A stretch of 63,992 nt of DNA, filler included, from an uncultured Acidimicrobiia bacterium (GCA_964347285.1; 5 parts of 5 records of this genome joined end to end with filler, not necessarily neighbours in it), one strand, 5' to 3'. Shown: positions 47,700 to 58,921, counted from the first letter of the whole stretch. Made by a program: numbers and translations. The notes: generated from the letters alone by a model not told the origin.

Positions 47700-48985
47700 C
47701 CGGTCACCGGCCGGAGCTGCCGGGCCAGAGCCACCACGTGCTCCTCGCCCAGGAACGACCACAGGCGATAGGCGCAGCTGTATCCGGGGACGGTCAGGTA
47801 GGCGTTGTAGGGAGCGATCGCCGGATCGCCCGTCTCCGGATCGGTGAAGGCGTTGGGATCCTCGGGCCGCCGGCCGAAGAACTCGACTCCTTCGTTGACT
47901 ACCCGCAATGAGGAGCCGTCGTCCCACCGATGCGACACGGGCAATTGCTCGAAGGCGGGAGGGGCGTCGGAATCGAAGGTGATCGTCCCCACCCCCAGGG
48001 CGCCGCGCCCGCAATCGGCGCAGTAGTCGCCGCTCGGGTACCGGCCCGGCCCGGAGGGCAAGTCCCAGGCAGCCAACAGCTCACCTGAGGCATTGGCACG
48101 ACGGGGGGCGGCGCCGGCGGTGTCCCCGGGCAGGGCCGCCGGCGCCAGCAGCGGGCAGCCCTCGCGGCGGAGGAGATCCTCCTCCCATTCTGCAACGAGG
48201 ACCGGTGACACCTCGGCTGCATCGAGAGCAGTTCCGCCCCAGGGCGCGCCGCCTTCTTCGATCGGCTCGGCTGGCTCGGCGGATGGGGCGACCGAAGCCT
48301 CGGCCCCCAAACCCTCTACGAACCGCAGCGAATCGAGCAATCTCAGCAAGTGGTCTTCACCGAGGAATGTCCAGACGTTGTAGAGGCAGCCCTGACCCTC
48401 GACGACCACAAAGGCGAGGTGCGGTGCGCCGCTGTCCTCGGCGGCGTCCCCCTCGAGTCCGTACCCGGCGATGTTGCCATCCGTCCAGGTGATCAGGTTG
48501 GGCCAACGGAGGGGATCCTCCGGTGCGGCGACGACTCCGGTGCCGGCAAGGCCGAAGGCGCCCCGCCCGCAGTCGCTGCAGTACTCTCCGTCGGCCCGGC
48601 GGCCCGGACCCGAGGGCCGGTCCCAGGCGACGGCCCATCCACCGGCGAAGTTGGCCGAGCGGATGGTGGCATCCGGAGCGAGGCCCTCGGGCTCTTGGGG
48701 GAACAGTGCCGAACACGAACTCCGATTGTCGGCGGCATTCCACTGTTCGGTGAGCACGTCGGGCACTGGATCGGAAGCCAGCGGGGTGGCCGCCCATGGG
48801 GCGGCCGGATCCTCGTCGGCCGGGGGGGCGGTAGTTGCGGTTGGAACGGAGGTGGTCGCAGCAAGGGGAGCCGCGCTGGTGGTCTGGCGGGCCGTGGTCT
48901 CGTCGAGAGGCGGCAGGCCCTCCTGTTCATCGGCGCAGGCGGCTCCGAGGACCAGGAGGAAGACGAGAGGGCCGAGTCGCTTCAC
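47687..48985 (-). CDS. Lipoprotein with two copies of an unrecognised Cys-containing domain
   Basis: Lipobox GAAC; repeated AWD.PSGPGR...G.YC.DCGRGA and C.Y..W.FLGE.H. Confidence 0.78.
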   Translation of the reverse strand: MKRLGPLVFLLVLGAACADEQEGLPPLDETTARQTTSAAPLAATTSVPTATTAPPADEDPAAPWAATPLASDPVPDVLTEQWNAADNRSSCSALFPQEPEGLAPDATIRSANFAGGWAVAWDRPSGPGRRADGEYCSDCGRGAFGLAGTGVVAAPEDPLRWPNLITWTDGNIAGYGLEGDAAEDSGAPHLAFVVVEGQGCLYNVWTFLGEDHLLRLLDSLRFVEGLGAEASVAPSAEPAEPIEEGGAPWGGTALDAAEVSPVLVAEWEEDLLRREGCPLLAPAALPGDTAGAAPRRANASGELLAAWDLPSGPGRYPSGDYCADCGRGALGVGTITFDSDAPPAFEQLPVSHRWDDGSSLRVVNEGVEFFGRRPEDPNAFTDPETGDPAIAPYNAYLTVPGYSCAYRLWSFLGEEHVVALARQLRPVTGYGG

Positions 48986-49040
48986 AACACGCCGCCAGCT
49001 GATGCTCCGAGGATACGCAACCGGGGGTCGCCGAGGTTCT

Positions 49041-49793
<753 letters not shown>

Positions 49794-49803
49794 GGTTCCT
49801 CCG

Positions 49804-51579
49804 TCATCGTAGACCCACCCCCAGCCTGCGTTCCAGCCGCTGGCTGGCGCGCGAGAAAGTGAAGGTGAACATCCAGTACACCAGTGCCACGAACAGCAGA
49901 TTCTCACGCTGGCTGCCGATGAAGGCCGGCTGGTTGGGCACCAGGCGCGAGGCGATGGCAAGGATCTCGGCAAGCCCGATGATCAGCACCAGCGACGTGT
50001 CCTTGAACAGCGAGATGATCTGACCGACGATGGCCGGGATGACCGCTCGCAACGCTTGGGGCAGCGTGATGAACAGGGTCATCTGAACGGTGTTCATCCC
50101 GACGGCGCGAGCGGCTTCGTACTGACCTCGTGAGATCGACTGGAGGCCGCCGCGTACGTTCTCTGCCAGGTAAGCGGCCGAGAAGAGTGCGATGGCGATG
50201 ATGGCCCGCAGCACTCGGTCGACGACGATGTCGCTGGGCAGGAACAGGGGAAGGAACAGCGCGCCGAAGAACAGAATCGTGATGAGCGGGACGCCTCTCA
50301 CGAACTCGATGTAGCCGGTCGACAGGATCCGGAAAATGGGCATCGTCGAGGTCCTCCCCAGGGCCAGCAGGATCCCCAGTGGAAAGGCGAGCAAAAGTCC
50401 GGCAAACGAGAGCACGAGCGTCAGCACCAGGCCTCCGAAGAGGTCGGTCTCGACCCGTACCGTCGCCTCCGCCTGTCCTACGGCGAGGAAGTACGCCGTC
50501 AAGAGGATGCCGGCGATCCAGGCTCCGACCAGGCCGCGCCGGGCCCGCACGTTGCCGCCGAAGCTCGGTGCCGCCAGGGCAAGCACGGCCAGCAGCAGCA
50601 GGGGTAGGCGGGCCTTGATCCACGGAACGAGGTCGTTGAGCGGCGGAAACCACACTGCCAGGGCCAAGATCAGCGTGATGCCCCCCAAGATGTGGGCGCG
50701 GTCACGCTCCCCCGGTGCGGAGACGAACCACAGCAGAACACTGCCAGCCACACCCAGGATCAAAGCGATCCACAAGTCTTCGCCCCGGATGGTGTCGTAG
50801 TCGAAGGCCGGATCCCGCAGGATGACCAGGTAGATCACGGGGAGCGACAGCAGCCACAGTGCGATCAGCACGACCTGCATGGTGCGTCGAGAGGACACCG
50901 ACAACAGGGCCAGGCCGCCGAAGTAGACGGCTACCCCGAGGATCAGCAGGATCGTCAGGGGGACTTTGGTGCTGGACGCAATGACGATCGGCTCGACGAT
51001 TTCGGGCAGCACCCAGATCGACAGCACCCCCAACGTGAGCAACCCGACGACGGTGCTGAGCAGGGAAACGTCCGGTGGTTCTGCTCGCCGACTGGTCATC
51101 CGCTGCACCATCTGGGCCGCTAGGGCGCCGCCGCCGGCGATCAGGATCGTGATCAGACGTGCGCCGGGCGACCACGGCGACAGGAGTGCGACGAGGACGA
51201 CGAGCCAGCCGGCGGCGGAAACGACCCGGGCGACCTGGGAGACCGGGGCGCGAGGCCGGTTCCCCCAGGCGACCAGGGACACCGACATGAGGACCACGGC
51301 GATTCCCAGCGAAACCCAGATCCTGGAGTACTGAGCTTCGGGGTAGGCGAAACTCCCGTAGAGGCGAGAGTTGGTGGAGACCGAGGACCACTCGGGCTCG
51401 TCGCCGAAGATGAAGCTGAGGACTCCGAAGAGGAAGACCAGCAACGCCAGGCCGAAGACGACGGTGAGGATTCCGCTCCAAACCGAAGAGAACAGGTTCT
51501 CCCTGACCCAGCGGATCGGATGAAGGCGAGGCACCTCGGGGGCCAACTCGCCGGTGCCGGGTTCGAGGGAGGTAGCCAT
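49804..51579 (-). CDS. Amino-acid ABC transporter permease (AapM/BztC-like, extended)
   Basis: [34 protein letters not shown] and LFKDTSL. Confidence 0.9.
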   Translation of the reverse strand: MATSLEPGTGELAPEVPRLHPIRWVRENLFSSVWSGILTVVFGLALLVFLFGVLSFIFGDEPEWSSVSTNSRLYGSFAYPEAQYSRIWVSLGIAVVLMSVSLVAWGNRPRAPVSQVARVVSAAGWLVVLVALLSPWSPGARLITILIAGGGALAAQMVQRMTSRRAEPPDVSLLSTVVGLLTLGVLSIWVLPEIVEPIVIASSTKVPLTILLILGVAVYFGGLALLSVSSRRTMQVVLIALWLLSLPVIYLVILRDPAFDYDTIRGEDLWIALILGVAGSVLLWFVSAPGERDRAHILGGITLILALAVWFPPLNDLVPWIKARLPLLLLAVLALAAPSFGGNVRARRGLVGAWIAGILLTAYFLAVGQAEATVRVETDLFGGLVLTLVLSFAGLLLAFPLGILLALGRTSTMPIFRILSTGYIEFVRGVPLITILFFGALFLPLFLPSDIVVDRVLRAIIAIALFSAAYLAENVRGGLQSISRGQYEAARAVGMNTVQMTLFITLPQALRAVIPAIVGQIISLFKDTSLVLIIGLAEILAIASRLVPNQPAFIGSQRENLLFVALVYWMFTFTFSRASQRLERRLGVGLR

Positions 51580-51795
51580 CTAGCGCTCCACCAGGCGCAG
51601 CCTGCGGTTGTAGTAGTTGACGACGGCGGAGATCGTCAGGCTCACGATGAGGTAGAAGCCCATCCAGATGATGATCACCTCCACCGATCGCCCGGTCTGG
51701 TTGAAGACGGTTCTCCCCACCGAGACGAACTCGGGGAAGGCCACCGCGATCCCCAGCGAGGTGTTCTTGGCGAGGTTGAGGTACTGATTGCCGAG
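51580..51795 (-). CDS. Amino-acid ABC transporter permease (AapQ/BztB-like), C-terminal fragment
   Basis: NQYLNLAKNTSL, NQTGR and NYYNRRL. Confidence 0.85.
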   Translation of the reverse strand, partial: LGNQYLNLAKNTSLGIAVAFPEFVSVGRTVFNQTGRSVEVIIIWMGFYLIVSLTISAVVNYYNRRLRLVER

Positions 51796-51895
51796 NNNNN
51801 NNNNNNNNNNNNNNNNNNNNNNNNNNNNNNNNNNNNNNNTTAATTAATTAANNNNNNNNNNNNNNNNNNNNNNNNNNNNNNNNNNNNNNNNNNNN
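51796..51895. other. Artificial contig linker
   Basis: N-run + TTAATTAATTAA + N-run. Confidence 0.97.
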
Positions 51896-52472
51896 CCCGC
51901 CACGAGATCGTGGCCTCCACTTCATCGCGGCACCAGGGATCCAGCATGAATCGCTGTCCGGCGATGGTGGGCGGGAGCCCCCGCAACCACTGGCGTTCGC
52001 GCACCTCATCCCGGCCGTGCTTGCTGGTAGCTCGCGCCATCAGATCCAGTTCTCCGATGACCGCCGAACCACATATTCCATCTTCTGCCATACGACGATT
52101 TCGTTGGAACTCCAGGAGGCCTCGCAGGGTGTCGGGCCCGAAGATGCCATCGGGCTTTCCGCAGTCGAAGCCCAACGAGTTGAGCCGCCGCTGTAGTTCA
52201 GCGACATCGTCGCCGCGCAGCATGGGACGGCGGTGGTACACCAAGCGATCACCGAGGCCGTAGCCGGCCTCGACGAGCGTACGCCAGGTTTCGGGACCTA
52301 CGAGGCCGTCGACTGCCAGCCCGCGGGACTGCTGAAAGGCCTTGACGGCCTCTTCCGTGGCTTTGCCGTAGTCCCCTTCGGGATCGGCGGAGGGCGGGAA
52401 GCCGAGGGCGCCGAGGCGGGTTTGGATGTCCCGTACTGCTTCGCCGGAATCGTTCCGTTGATAGATCCTCAC
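51896..52472 (-). CDS. Peptidoglycan-binding protein, CwlM-like (3' truncated)
   Basis: Two PG_binding_1 repeats (FQQSRGLAVDGLVGPETW; GDDVAELQRRL...DGIFG); lies downstream of trxA as cwlM does. Confidence 0.82.
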
Positions 52473-52511
52473 GGACCCATCGTGCCAGATCGCGCCGCCG
52501 GCGGGGCCCGG

Positions 52512-52838
52512 CTACGAGATGAATTCGGCCAGGTCGCTCAGAAGGGCTTCCTTGGGGCGGGCGCCGACGATGCGCTTCTTCTCAACACCGTCTTGGAAGA
52601 GTATGAGCGTCGGGATGCTCATGACGTCGTGGTCCATTGCCGTCTGGGGATTGTCGTCGACGTTGAGCTTGGCGATGGTCAACCGGTCGCCGTGCTCGGC
52701 GGCGACTTGCTCGAGCACTGGAGCGATCATGCGACAGGGACCGCACCACTCCGCCCAGAAGTCCACGAGCACCGGCTTGTCGCCGGAGACGGCCTCTGTG
52801 AAATCGGCGTCGGTGACGGTGGTGATGTTTTCAGCCAT
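52512..52838 (-). CDS. trxA: Thioredoxin
   Basis: [10 protein letters not shown] and MSIPTL. Confidence 0.97.
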   Translation of the reverse strand: MAENITTVTDADFTEAVSGDKPVLVDFWAEWCGPCRMIAPVLEQVAAEHGDRLTIAKLNVDDNPQTAMDHDVMSIPTLILFQDGVEKKRIVGARPKEALLSDLAEFIS

Positions 52839-52889
52839 ATCAGTGGCCGTGCGGCCTGCACCTCCTCTGAGTCCTATTTCTCGCTACCC

Positions 52890-52915
52890 AACCTCGCCGC
52901 GGCGATGCTCATTCC
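52890..52915 (-). promoter_or_regulatory. SigR/SigH-type promoter for trxA
   Basis: Minus strand GGAAT-N18-GTT overlapping the trxB stop. Confidence 0.7.
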
Positions 52916-53826
52916 AGAGATTCCAGCCACCGCTCGGCGTCCATGGCGGCGGCACAACCCGAGCCGGCTGCGGTGATGGCTTGACGGTACACGAAGTCGA
53001 CGACGTCACCGGCAGCGAACACGCCGGGAACGGAGGAGGTGGTGGTGCCTTCGGTGACGATGTAGCCCTTGTCGTTCAGATCGAGCTGGCCGTCGAACAG
53101 CTCGGTGTTGGGAATGTGCCCGATGGCGACGAACATTCCGTCGGTAGCGAAGTCGGTTTCCTTCCCGGTGGCGGTATTCCTGAGGCGCACCCCGACGACC
53201 TCCTTCTCGCCCAGGACCTCGGTCACCACCGTGTTCCACATGACCTGGATCTTCGGATTGGCCAGGGCCCGTTCCGCCATGATCTTCGAGGCTCGAAAGG
53301 CGTCGCGGCGGTGGATGATCGTGACCTTGGAGGCAAACTTGGTGAGAAAAGTGGCTTCTTCCATTGCGGAGTCCCCGCCGCCTACGACGACGAGCTCCTT
53401 GTCCCGGAAGAAGAACCCATCACAGGTAGCGCAGGAGGAGACCCCGAAGCCACGAAGGCGGTCCTCCCCGGGCACTCCCAGCCAGCGTGCCGAGGCGCCG
53501 GTCGAGATGATCACGGCTCGGGATTGGTACTCGTCGGCCCCGACCCAGACCCGGAACGGGCGCGTCGAGAGGTCGACCTTGGTCACATCGGCGGTGACGA
53601 TCCTGGTGCCGAACCGCTCCGCCTGCTTGCGGAAGCGATCCATGAGGTCGGGCCCCAGGATGCCGTCCGGGAATCCCGGGTAGTTTTCCACCTCGGTGGT
53701 CAACATGAGCTGGCCGCCGGCCTGCGAACCCTCGATCATCAGCGGGTCGAGATTGCCGCGGGCCGCATAGATGGCGGCGGTGAGACCGGCCGGACCGGAT
53801 CCGATGATCAGGACGTTCTCACTCAC
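52909..53826 (-). CDS. trxB: Thioredoxin reductase
   Basis: [22 protein letters not shown] and [15 protein letters not shown] overlap with the upstream gene. Confidence 0.97.
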   Translation of the reverse strand: MSENVLIIGSGPAGLTAAIYAARGNLDPLMIEGSQAGGQLMLTTEVENYPGFPDGILGPDLMDRFRKQAERFGTRIVTADVTKVDLSTRPFRVWVGADEYQSRAVIISTGASARWLGVPGEDRLRGFGVSSCATCDGFFFRDKELVVVGGGDSAMEEATFLTKFASKVTIIHRRDAFRASKIMAERALANPKIQVMWNTVVTEVLGEKEVVGVRLRNTATGKETDFATDGMFVAIGHIPNTELFDGQLDLNDKGYIVTEGTTTSSVPGVFAAGDVVDFVYRQAITAAGSGCAAAMDAERWLESLE

Positions 53827-54143
53827 GGTTCTCGCGCACTGTCTGTATCTGTTTCCTTGGGCCTTCGCTGGCTCCATAGCAACAGCGCCGCCACCAGAAA
53901 CAATCCCCCCAGGATGGCGTAGGCCACCTCGGTACCCAGCGCCTCACCGAGGATGCGGAGCAATCCGACCAAGAGGAGAGTGAGGGCCAGGAGGCCGAGG
54001 ACGAAGAGGGCGAGGCCGAGCGCCGCCCACTTGGCCGCAGTCTCGGCCTTGTCCACCGTGACCCCGCGGATTCTGAGAGCGAGCGTCTCCAGCCCTTCGG
54101 CGATCTTGCTAGGGAAATCGTCCTTGCCGGCCGGCTCTTCCAC
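53823..54143 (-). CDS. Small 2-TM membrane protein (DUF1469/holin-like)
   Basis: Two hydrophobic segments; coupled to trxB; TAGGCT -10 box 8 nt upstream. Confidence 0.7.
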   Translation of the reverse strand: MEEPAGKDDFPSKIAEGLETLALRIRGVTVDKAETAAKWAALGLALFVLGLLALTLLLVGLLRILGEALGTEVAYAILGGLFLVAALLLWSQRRPKETDTDSAREP

Positions 54144-54172
54144 GGAACGGGAGCCTAGTCAGGTATCCGGGA

Positions 54173-55120
54173 TCACTCGCCGGCCGCAGCGATGACTTCG
54201 CACGTTTCGATATCGAGGGCGAAGAGGATCGGCGGTGCCGTTTCTTCGAAAACGGCTATGAGAACTGCGTTTCGGCCATCCACCGTGGCTTCGGCGGCGA
54301 CAACGATCATCGTGGCATCGGGCACCAAATCGGGGATCACTGTGGTGCAGTCGGCCCGGTCGGCAAGATCGGGTTCGGGGGTCGCCACAGCGGCGTCGGG
54401 AGCGAGGCGCTCCAGGGCGAGGCGCTCCTCCTCGGTGAGTGATCGGTAGAACGTGACCCCGTCTCCCGGGGCTGCAAACACCTGGCGCAGCTCGTCGAGA
54501 TCGCCGACTTGTAGTTCTCCGAGTTGCAGGCTCGGCGCAGCGGGGACCTCCTCGGCGACAGCGGCCTGGTCGGCGGCACTTTCCAGCTCCTCGGCAAACC
54601 CATCTCCGGTCTCGGCCGGAGCTGGGGGAGCCGCCGGCCGGGCCCCGGGGGTCGTCGTGGCGGGGGATTCGGGCGCGACCGGTGCCTCAGCGGGTTCCTG
54701 GGCGGCCTCGGCCCGCTCGGGCTGGGTGCTGGTCACCGCCAGTTCGGCGATTTCCTCTCCACCTCCGGTGGAGAGGAGTCCGAGGAGCGGGCCGGCGATG
54801 ACGAGAGCGATCAGGGCGGCGGCGGCGGCGGCCAAGCCCGCCCAGGGGACCAGCTTGCGTTGCGACCGAGAAGGCTGCTCTTCCAACCCAACGGCCGCCC
54901 GGACCGCACGACGGAGGCGAGCCGATTCCATTTCGCTCAGGCCGGGAGGGGCGGCCGCCCGCAAGGTGGCCAGGGCGGTCCGCTGCGCCTGCAGCTCGGT
55001 GCGGCACTCATCACAGGCGTTGATTCTTGTCTCGGCAGACCGGGCTGACTCCGCGTCGAGCGTGCCTTCGGCAACGGCCGCAATCACCTCTAGGTCATGG
55101 TCATGCATGCTGTTCCTCAT
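54173..55120 (-). CDS. Transmembrane anti-sigma factor (zf-HC2-like)
   Basis: N-terminal CDEC, one TM segment, Ala/Pro/Glu-rich extracellular part; directly after the ECF sigma. Confidence 0.8.
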   Translation of the reverse strand: MRNSMHDHDLEVIAAVAEGTLDAESARSAETRINACDECRTELQAQRTALATLRAAAPPGLSEMESARLRRAVRAAVGLEEQPSRSQRKLVPWAGLAAAAAALIALVIAGPLLGLLSTGGGEEIAELAVTSTQPERAEAAQEPAEAPVAPESPATTTPGARPAAPPAPAETGDGFAEELESAADQAAVAEEVPAAPSLQLGELQVGDLDELRQVFAAPGDGVTFYRSLTEEERLALERLAPDAAVATPEPDLADRADCTTVIPDLVPDATMIVVAAEATVDGRNAVLIAVFEETAPPILFALDIETCEVIAAAGE

Positions 55121-55685
55121 CGGTTGGAGGTCGGGCCCCCTGCGAAAGGTTCCCGAGCGCCTCGGCCAGCAATCGCCTGCCTCGGAACACCCGCGACTTC
55201 ACCGTTCCCACGGGGACCCCCAGAAGCTCGGAAGCCGTCTGGAGGGACATCCCCTCGAGGTCCACGATGATCACCGCCGCTCGGAATTCGACGGGGAGCT
55301 CGGCAAGGGCCGACTCGAGGTCGGGCCGTACTTCGACGGCAGCAAAGCCGTCGGCCAAGGAGTGATCCACGGGATCGTGATGATCTCCCAGGGGTTCGGT
55401 GCGGCGTCGCTTGCTGCGTCGCAGTGTGTCGTAGCAGGTGTTGACGGCCACGCGATAGAGCCACGTGCTGAATGCTGCCCTACCGGCGAAGCGGTCGGCC
55501 TTGCGAAATACCGTGATGAACGTGTCCTGAGTGGCATCGAGCGCCGCCTCTCTATCTCTGAGCATTCGCAGACAGATGCCGAATACCCGGTCCTCATGGG
55601 CCCGCATGAGTTCTTCAAAGGCGGAGACGTCTCCGGCGAGGTAGCGCTGAACGAGGTCGAGGTCGGCTCCGGCCCGATCGGTCAC
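55101..55685 (-). CDS. sigM: ECF RNA polymerase sigma factor SigM-like
   Basis: AFSTWLYRVAVNTCYD and GTVKSRVFRGR; conserved position upstream of trxB. Confidence 0.85.
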   Translation of the reverse strand: MTDRAGADLDLVQRYLAGDVSAFEELMRAHEDRVFGICLRMLRDREAALDATQDTFITVFRKADRFAGRAAFSTWLYRVAVNTCYDTLRRSKRRRTEPLGDHHDPVDHSLADGFAAVEVRPDLESALAELPVEFRAAVIIVDLEGMSLQTASELLGVPVGTVKSRVFRGRRLLAEALGNLSQGARPPTDEEQHA

Positions 55686-56989
55686 GACAGGAACCGTACT
55701 TCATTGACGAAGCCGAAGAAGAACTCGCCGTTCTCCTGAGCCGGTAGGTCGGTGAGCCACAACAGCCATACCCCTTCCAATCCGGTGGGTAGCTCGAAGC
55801 GGGATCGACCCCCAGATATCGCCGCCGCTCCGAGTGAACGCCAGCCGGAGAAGTCTTCAGGACGCTGCTCGGCCCAGAGGATCTCGAAGCGGAGATCGTT
55901 GGAGCCCACCACCTCAACGAAACGCGGGCTGCCCTCTACCGAGAAAGTGAGTCCGACCCCGGGCTTGAGGAGACGGAGGGGATCGAAGTATCGCTCGGTT
56001 CGCCAGGCCGATTCGACATCTCCGTCCGACGCCAGGACGCTGTCCCCATCGCGCTCGGTCCCGTCTCCGAAGGGATCGTAAGTGTCGGTCTCGCTGATTG
56101 TCAGCGGCACCGACGGCGTCCCACCCGGTGAGGTGGTCGGCGGGGCCTCGCCGGTGGTGGGCGCTGCCGCCGTCGAGGGCGGCGCCACCGGCCGGGCCGG
56201 GAAGAGGAAAAGGGAGTCGGAGCGGACTTCGAGGGCGAACCCAAGTGCAACGACTCCGAGAGCCGCCGCCAGGAGAAGGGCGGCCGGTATCACCCAGCGC
56301 CATGTCCACGCCGGAGAGCGCGGGCGGCTCTTGATCGAGGGTGCTGCTCGCAAGGCCGCAGCCAACCCGGCTGCGTCCAACGAGCCGCGCCGCGCCCTGG
56401 TTAGGGCCGTGTCCACTGCAGCCGGCAGGCCCTCGACGACCTGGGAGAGCGGCAGCTCGACGGGCCCGCCGGCTAGGCCCATAGCCAAGGTCTCCGCCAG
56501 CGCGGTGGTGTCTTCCTTCGGGGTGCCGTTTCCTTTGCGACCGAACTCGGCGAGCTTGGCCGGGTGTGCCGCCGAGAAGAGGATGGTGTCGGGGCCCAGC
56601 GCCCCGTGCGTCAAACCGTGCGCATGCACGGCTGCCAGAGCGTCGGCCAGACCGGCTGCGTTGGGCAGGAAGTCCTCGACCGGGATCGTTTCTCCGGCGC
56701 GCAGCCGATCGCCGATCGTTACTCCTCCGGCCCACTCGGTGACCGCGTAGGCACCCTGGTCGGAGGCACCCACGGCGTACACCGCGGCGAGATGCACGTG
56801 GCCGACGCCGGCGACATTGCGGACCGCTTCCACGAAGCGCTGTCGCCGCTGTGGGTTGGTCTCCGGACCCAGGGAACGCACCAAGACCGGGCGGTCGAGT
56901 GCGGTGTCTGTGGCCAGCCAGGCTTCAGTGTCGCCGTCTCGGCCGAGGCGCACCTCGGGGCGGAACCGCTTGGGGAGGGCTGCCGGCAC
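55682..56989 (-). CDS. Membrane Ser/Thr pseudokinase (MviN kinase-homology-like) with extracellular beta domain
   Basis: D..LDRPVLVR, HGAL and LAEFG in place of VAVK/HRDL/DFG; TM segment; DPFGDGTE...W.TE.Y. Confidence 0.75.
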   Translation of the reverse strand: MPAALPKRFRPEVRLGRDGDTEAWLATDTALDRPVLVRSLGPETNPQRRQRFVEAVRNVAGVGHVHLAAVYAVGASDQGAYAVTEWAGGVTIGDRLRAGETIPVEDFLPNAAGLADALAAVHAHGLTHGALGPDTILFSAAHPAKLAEFGRKGNGTPKEDTTALAETLAMGLAGGPVELPLSQVVEGLPAAVDTALTRARRGSLDAAGLAAALRAAPSIKSRPRSPAWTWRWVIPAALLLAAALGVVALGFALEVRSDSLFLFPARPVAPPSTAAAPTTGEAPPTTSPGGTPSVPLTISETDTYDPFGDGTERDGDSVLASDGDVESAWRTERYFDPLRLLKPGVGLTFSVEGSPRFVEVVGSNDLRFEILWAEQRPEDFSGWRSLGAAAISGGRSRFELPTGLEGVWLLWLTDLPAQENGEFFFGFVNEVRFLS

Positions 56990-57016
56990 GGAGCCTCCGT
57001 TCTCCGCTCAGCACCG

Positions 57017-57793
57017 TCAGGCTACCGGGGCGGCTTCTTGCCGACGCAAGACGGATAGCTGTTCAGGAAGGATGACGCAGCCTTCCGTCTCGTACAGTCG
57101 CAGGGCCGGCTCGTTGTCCCTCTGCGTATTGAGCAGCATGCCCCGCGCCCCCCGTCGCCGCGCCCGTCGGGCACTGGTCCGCACCAGGGATCGACCCAAG
57201 CCTTGGCGCTGGTGGCGGGGAGCGACGGCCATGCGCTGCAGATAGGACAGGGCGTGGCCGTAGCCGACGATGGCGAATCCGGCGATCTTGCCCTCTCCGT
57301 CCCGAACGGCCAAGAGGTCGGCCGAAGCCGTTGCCTCGATGGCCTCTCTCATACCGGTACGGTCGAGCCGCCAGAATCTGTCGAAGGCGGCGGCATCGAC
57401 GGCGACCACGTCGTCGAGGTCATCGGCGGAGAGTACTGCCACCAGGTGATCGGGAGCGCCGATGGGCCTCTCGAGCTCGAGGCGCAACAGAGCCAGATCC
57501 AGGTAGTGCTCGAACCCGGCCCGGGTCCACGTGCCCTGGGCGGCTCTGGTGAGCGGCGGACTGATCACCGAAGGTGCCCCGGCGTCGAGCAACGCGAGCG
57601 CACAGCCGGCGGTGAAACCCGCATTTCCCCGCTCGACCCGCAGGTGAGCGTCGCTGTGGAGGTCGTTCCAGGGACGAGCCTCGGCGCGTGCCCAACCTCG
57701 TCGTAGGACGACCCGGGCCGGCCAGCGGTCCGAGGGAAACATACGAACCCGTTGGGCTCGGGGGAAGGGGCCGGCGACCTCGGCCGGTGTCAT
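57017..57793 (-). CDS. GNAT N-acetyltransferase
   Basis: MAVAPRHQRQGLG and NTQRDNEPALRLY. Confidence 0.82.
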   Translation of the reverse strand: MTPAEVAGPFPRAQRVRMFPSDRWPARVVLRRGWARAEARPWNDLHSDAHLRVERGNAGFTAGCALALLDAGAPSVISPPLTRAAQGTWTRAGFEHYLDLALLRLELERPIGAPDHLVAVLSADDLDDVVAVDAAAFDRFWRLDRTGMREAIEATASADLLAVRDGEGKIAGFAIVGYGHALSYLQRMAVAPRHQRQGLGRSLVRTSARRARRRGARGMLLNTQRDNEPALRLYETEGCVILPEQLSVLRRQEAAPVA

Positions 57794-57848
57794 GGGCGCC
57801 AGAGTACTCGCACCTGCATCAGCCCCAGCCGCCTGCGAGAGTGGTGGC

Positions 57849-58865
57849 ATGCGTCTGCTGGCCTACGACCACCCCGCCTTCGAGCGACACGACTCCGGTA
57901 AGGGTCATCCGGAACGTCCTGCCCGGCTCGCAGCGGCGCGGGCTGGGTTGCTGGAGGCGGATGTCGACGTGGACTGGCGGGTCGCTCCCCGGGCCGGCGC
58001 CGAGGATCTGGCGGCCGTACACGACCCCGAGTACATCGAGTCCATCCACGGTTTCTGTGTGGCCGGCGGAGGCTCACTCGACGCCGACACCCGTGCCGGC
58101 CCCCATTCTTGGGAGGCGGCACTGCGGGCCGCCGGCGCCGGGATTGCGGCGATCGACGACCTCGGAAATGGCAAGGGCGATGTCGGCTTCGCGATGGTGC
58201 GGCCCCCGGGCCATCATGCCCTAGCTGCCCGGGCCATGGGGTTCTGCCTCTTCAACAACGTTGCGGTAGCGGCGGCCCGGCTGCGGTCTCAGGGTCGGCG
58301 GGTGGCCATCGTCGATTGGGATGTTCATCACGGGAACGGAACCCAGGAAATGTTCTACGAGGAACCCGATGTCCTCTACATCTCCCTCCACGAGTTTCCG
58401 TTCTATCCGGGCACGGGCTGGATCGAAGAGGCGGGAAGCGGCCCGGCGACCGGGACCGTTGTCAATATCCCCATGCCGGCCAGGGCCTGCGGGGACGTCT
58501 ACCGGGCGGCAATGGACCGCTTTGTGGTCCCGGCCCTGCAGAGTTTTGGGCCCGACTGGCTCTTGGTCAGCGCCGGCTACGACGCCCATGCTGCCGATCC
58601 CTTGGCGTTCATCCGGCTCCAGGCGAGCGACTACGGCGCCATGGCGGCCGCCATCGCCTCATCGGTGCCCGGCGGGCGCCTCATCTTCTTTCTCGAGGGC
58701 GGCTACGATCTCGATGCGATCACGGCGTCGGTGGCGGCCACGGTGGCCGGTGTCGCCGGCCGGGAACCGGGTCCTCCGGAGGGGGAATCCCCGCAAGCGG
58801 CTTGGGGGATGCTCGAGCTCGTCGACGAGACCGTTCGCCGCTTTGGCCTCATCGGGAACCAATAA
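57849..58865 (+). CDS. Histone deacetylase family (Zn-dependent) protein
   Basis: HPE.PARL, RPPGHHA, GFCLFNN, DWDVHHGNGT, SAGYDAH and LEGGY. Confidence 0.93.
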   Translation: MRLLAYDHPAFERHDSGKGHPERPARLAAARAGLLEADVDVDWRVAPRAGAEDLAAVHDPEYIESIHGFCVAGGGSLDADTRAGPHSWEAALRAAGAGIAAIDDLGNGKGDVGFAMVRPPGHHALAARAMGFCLFNNVAVAAARLRSQGRRVAIVDWDVHHGNGTQEMFYEEPDVLYISLHEFPFYPGTGWIEEAGSGPATGTVVNIPMPARACGDVYRAAMDRFVVPALQSFGPDWLLVSAGYDAHAADPLAFIRLQASDYGAMAAAIASSVPGGRLIFFLEGGYDLDAITASVAATVAGVAGREPGPPEGESPQAAWGMLELVDETVRRFGLIGNQ

Positions 58866-58921
58866 AGCACCGGCGCGCCGGGGCCGATACCACCTCCGAT
58901 TCGCAGCAATCAGGAGAACCG

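Noticed and set aside
58109..58921. Apparent long N-terminal extension of PilT (likewise 36053-37114 on the ABC ATPase)
   Set aside because: Alternative-frame or antisense read-through of neighbouring genes. More plausible starts lie at 58922 and 37115.
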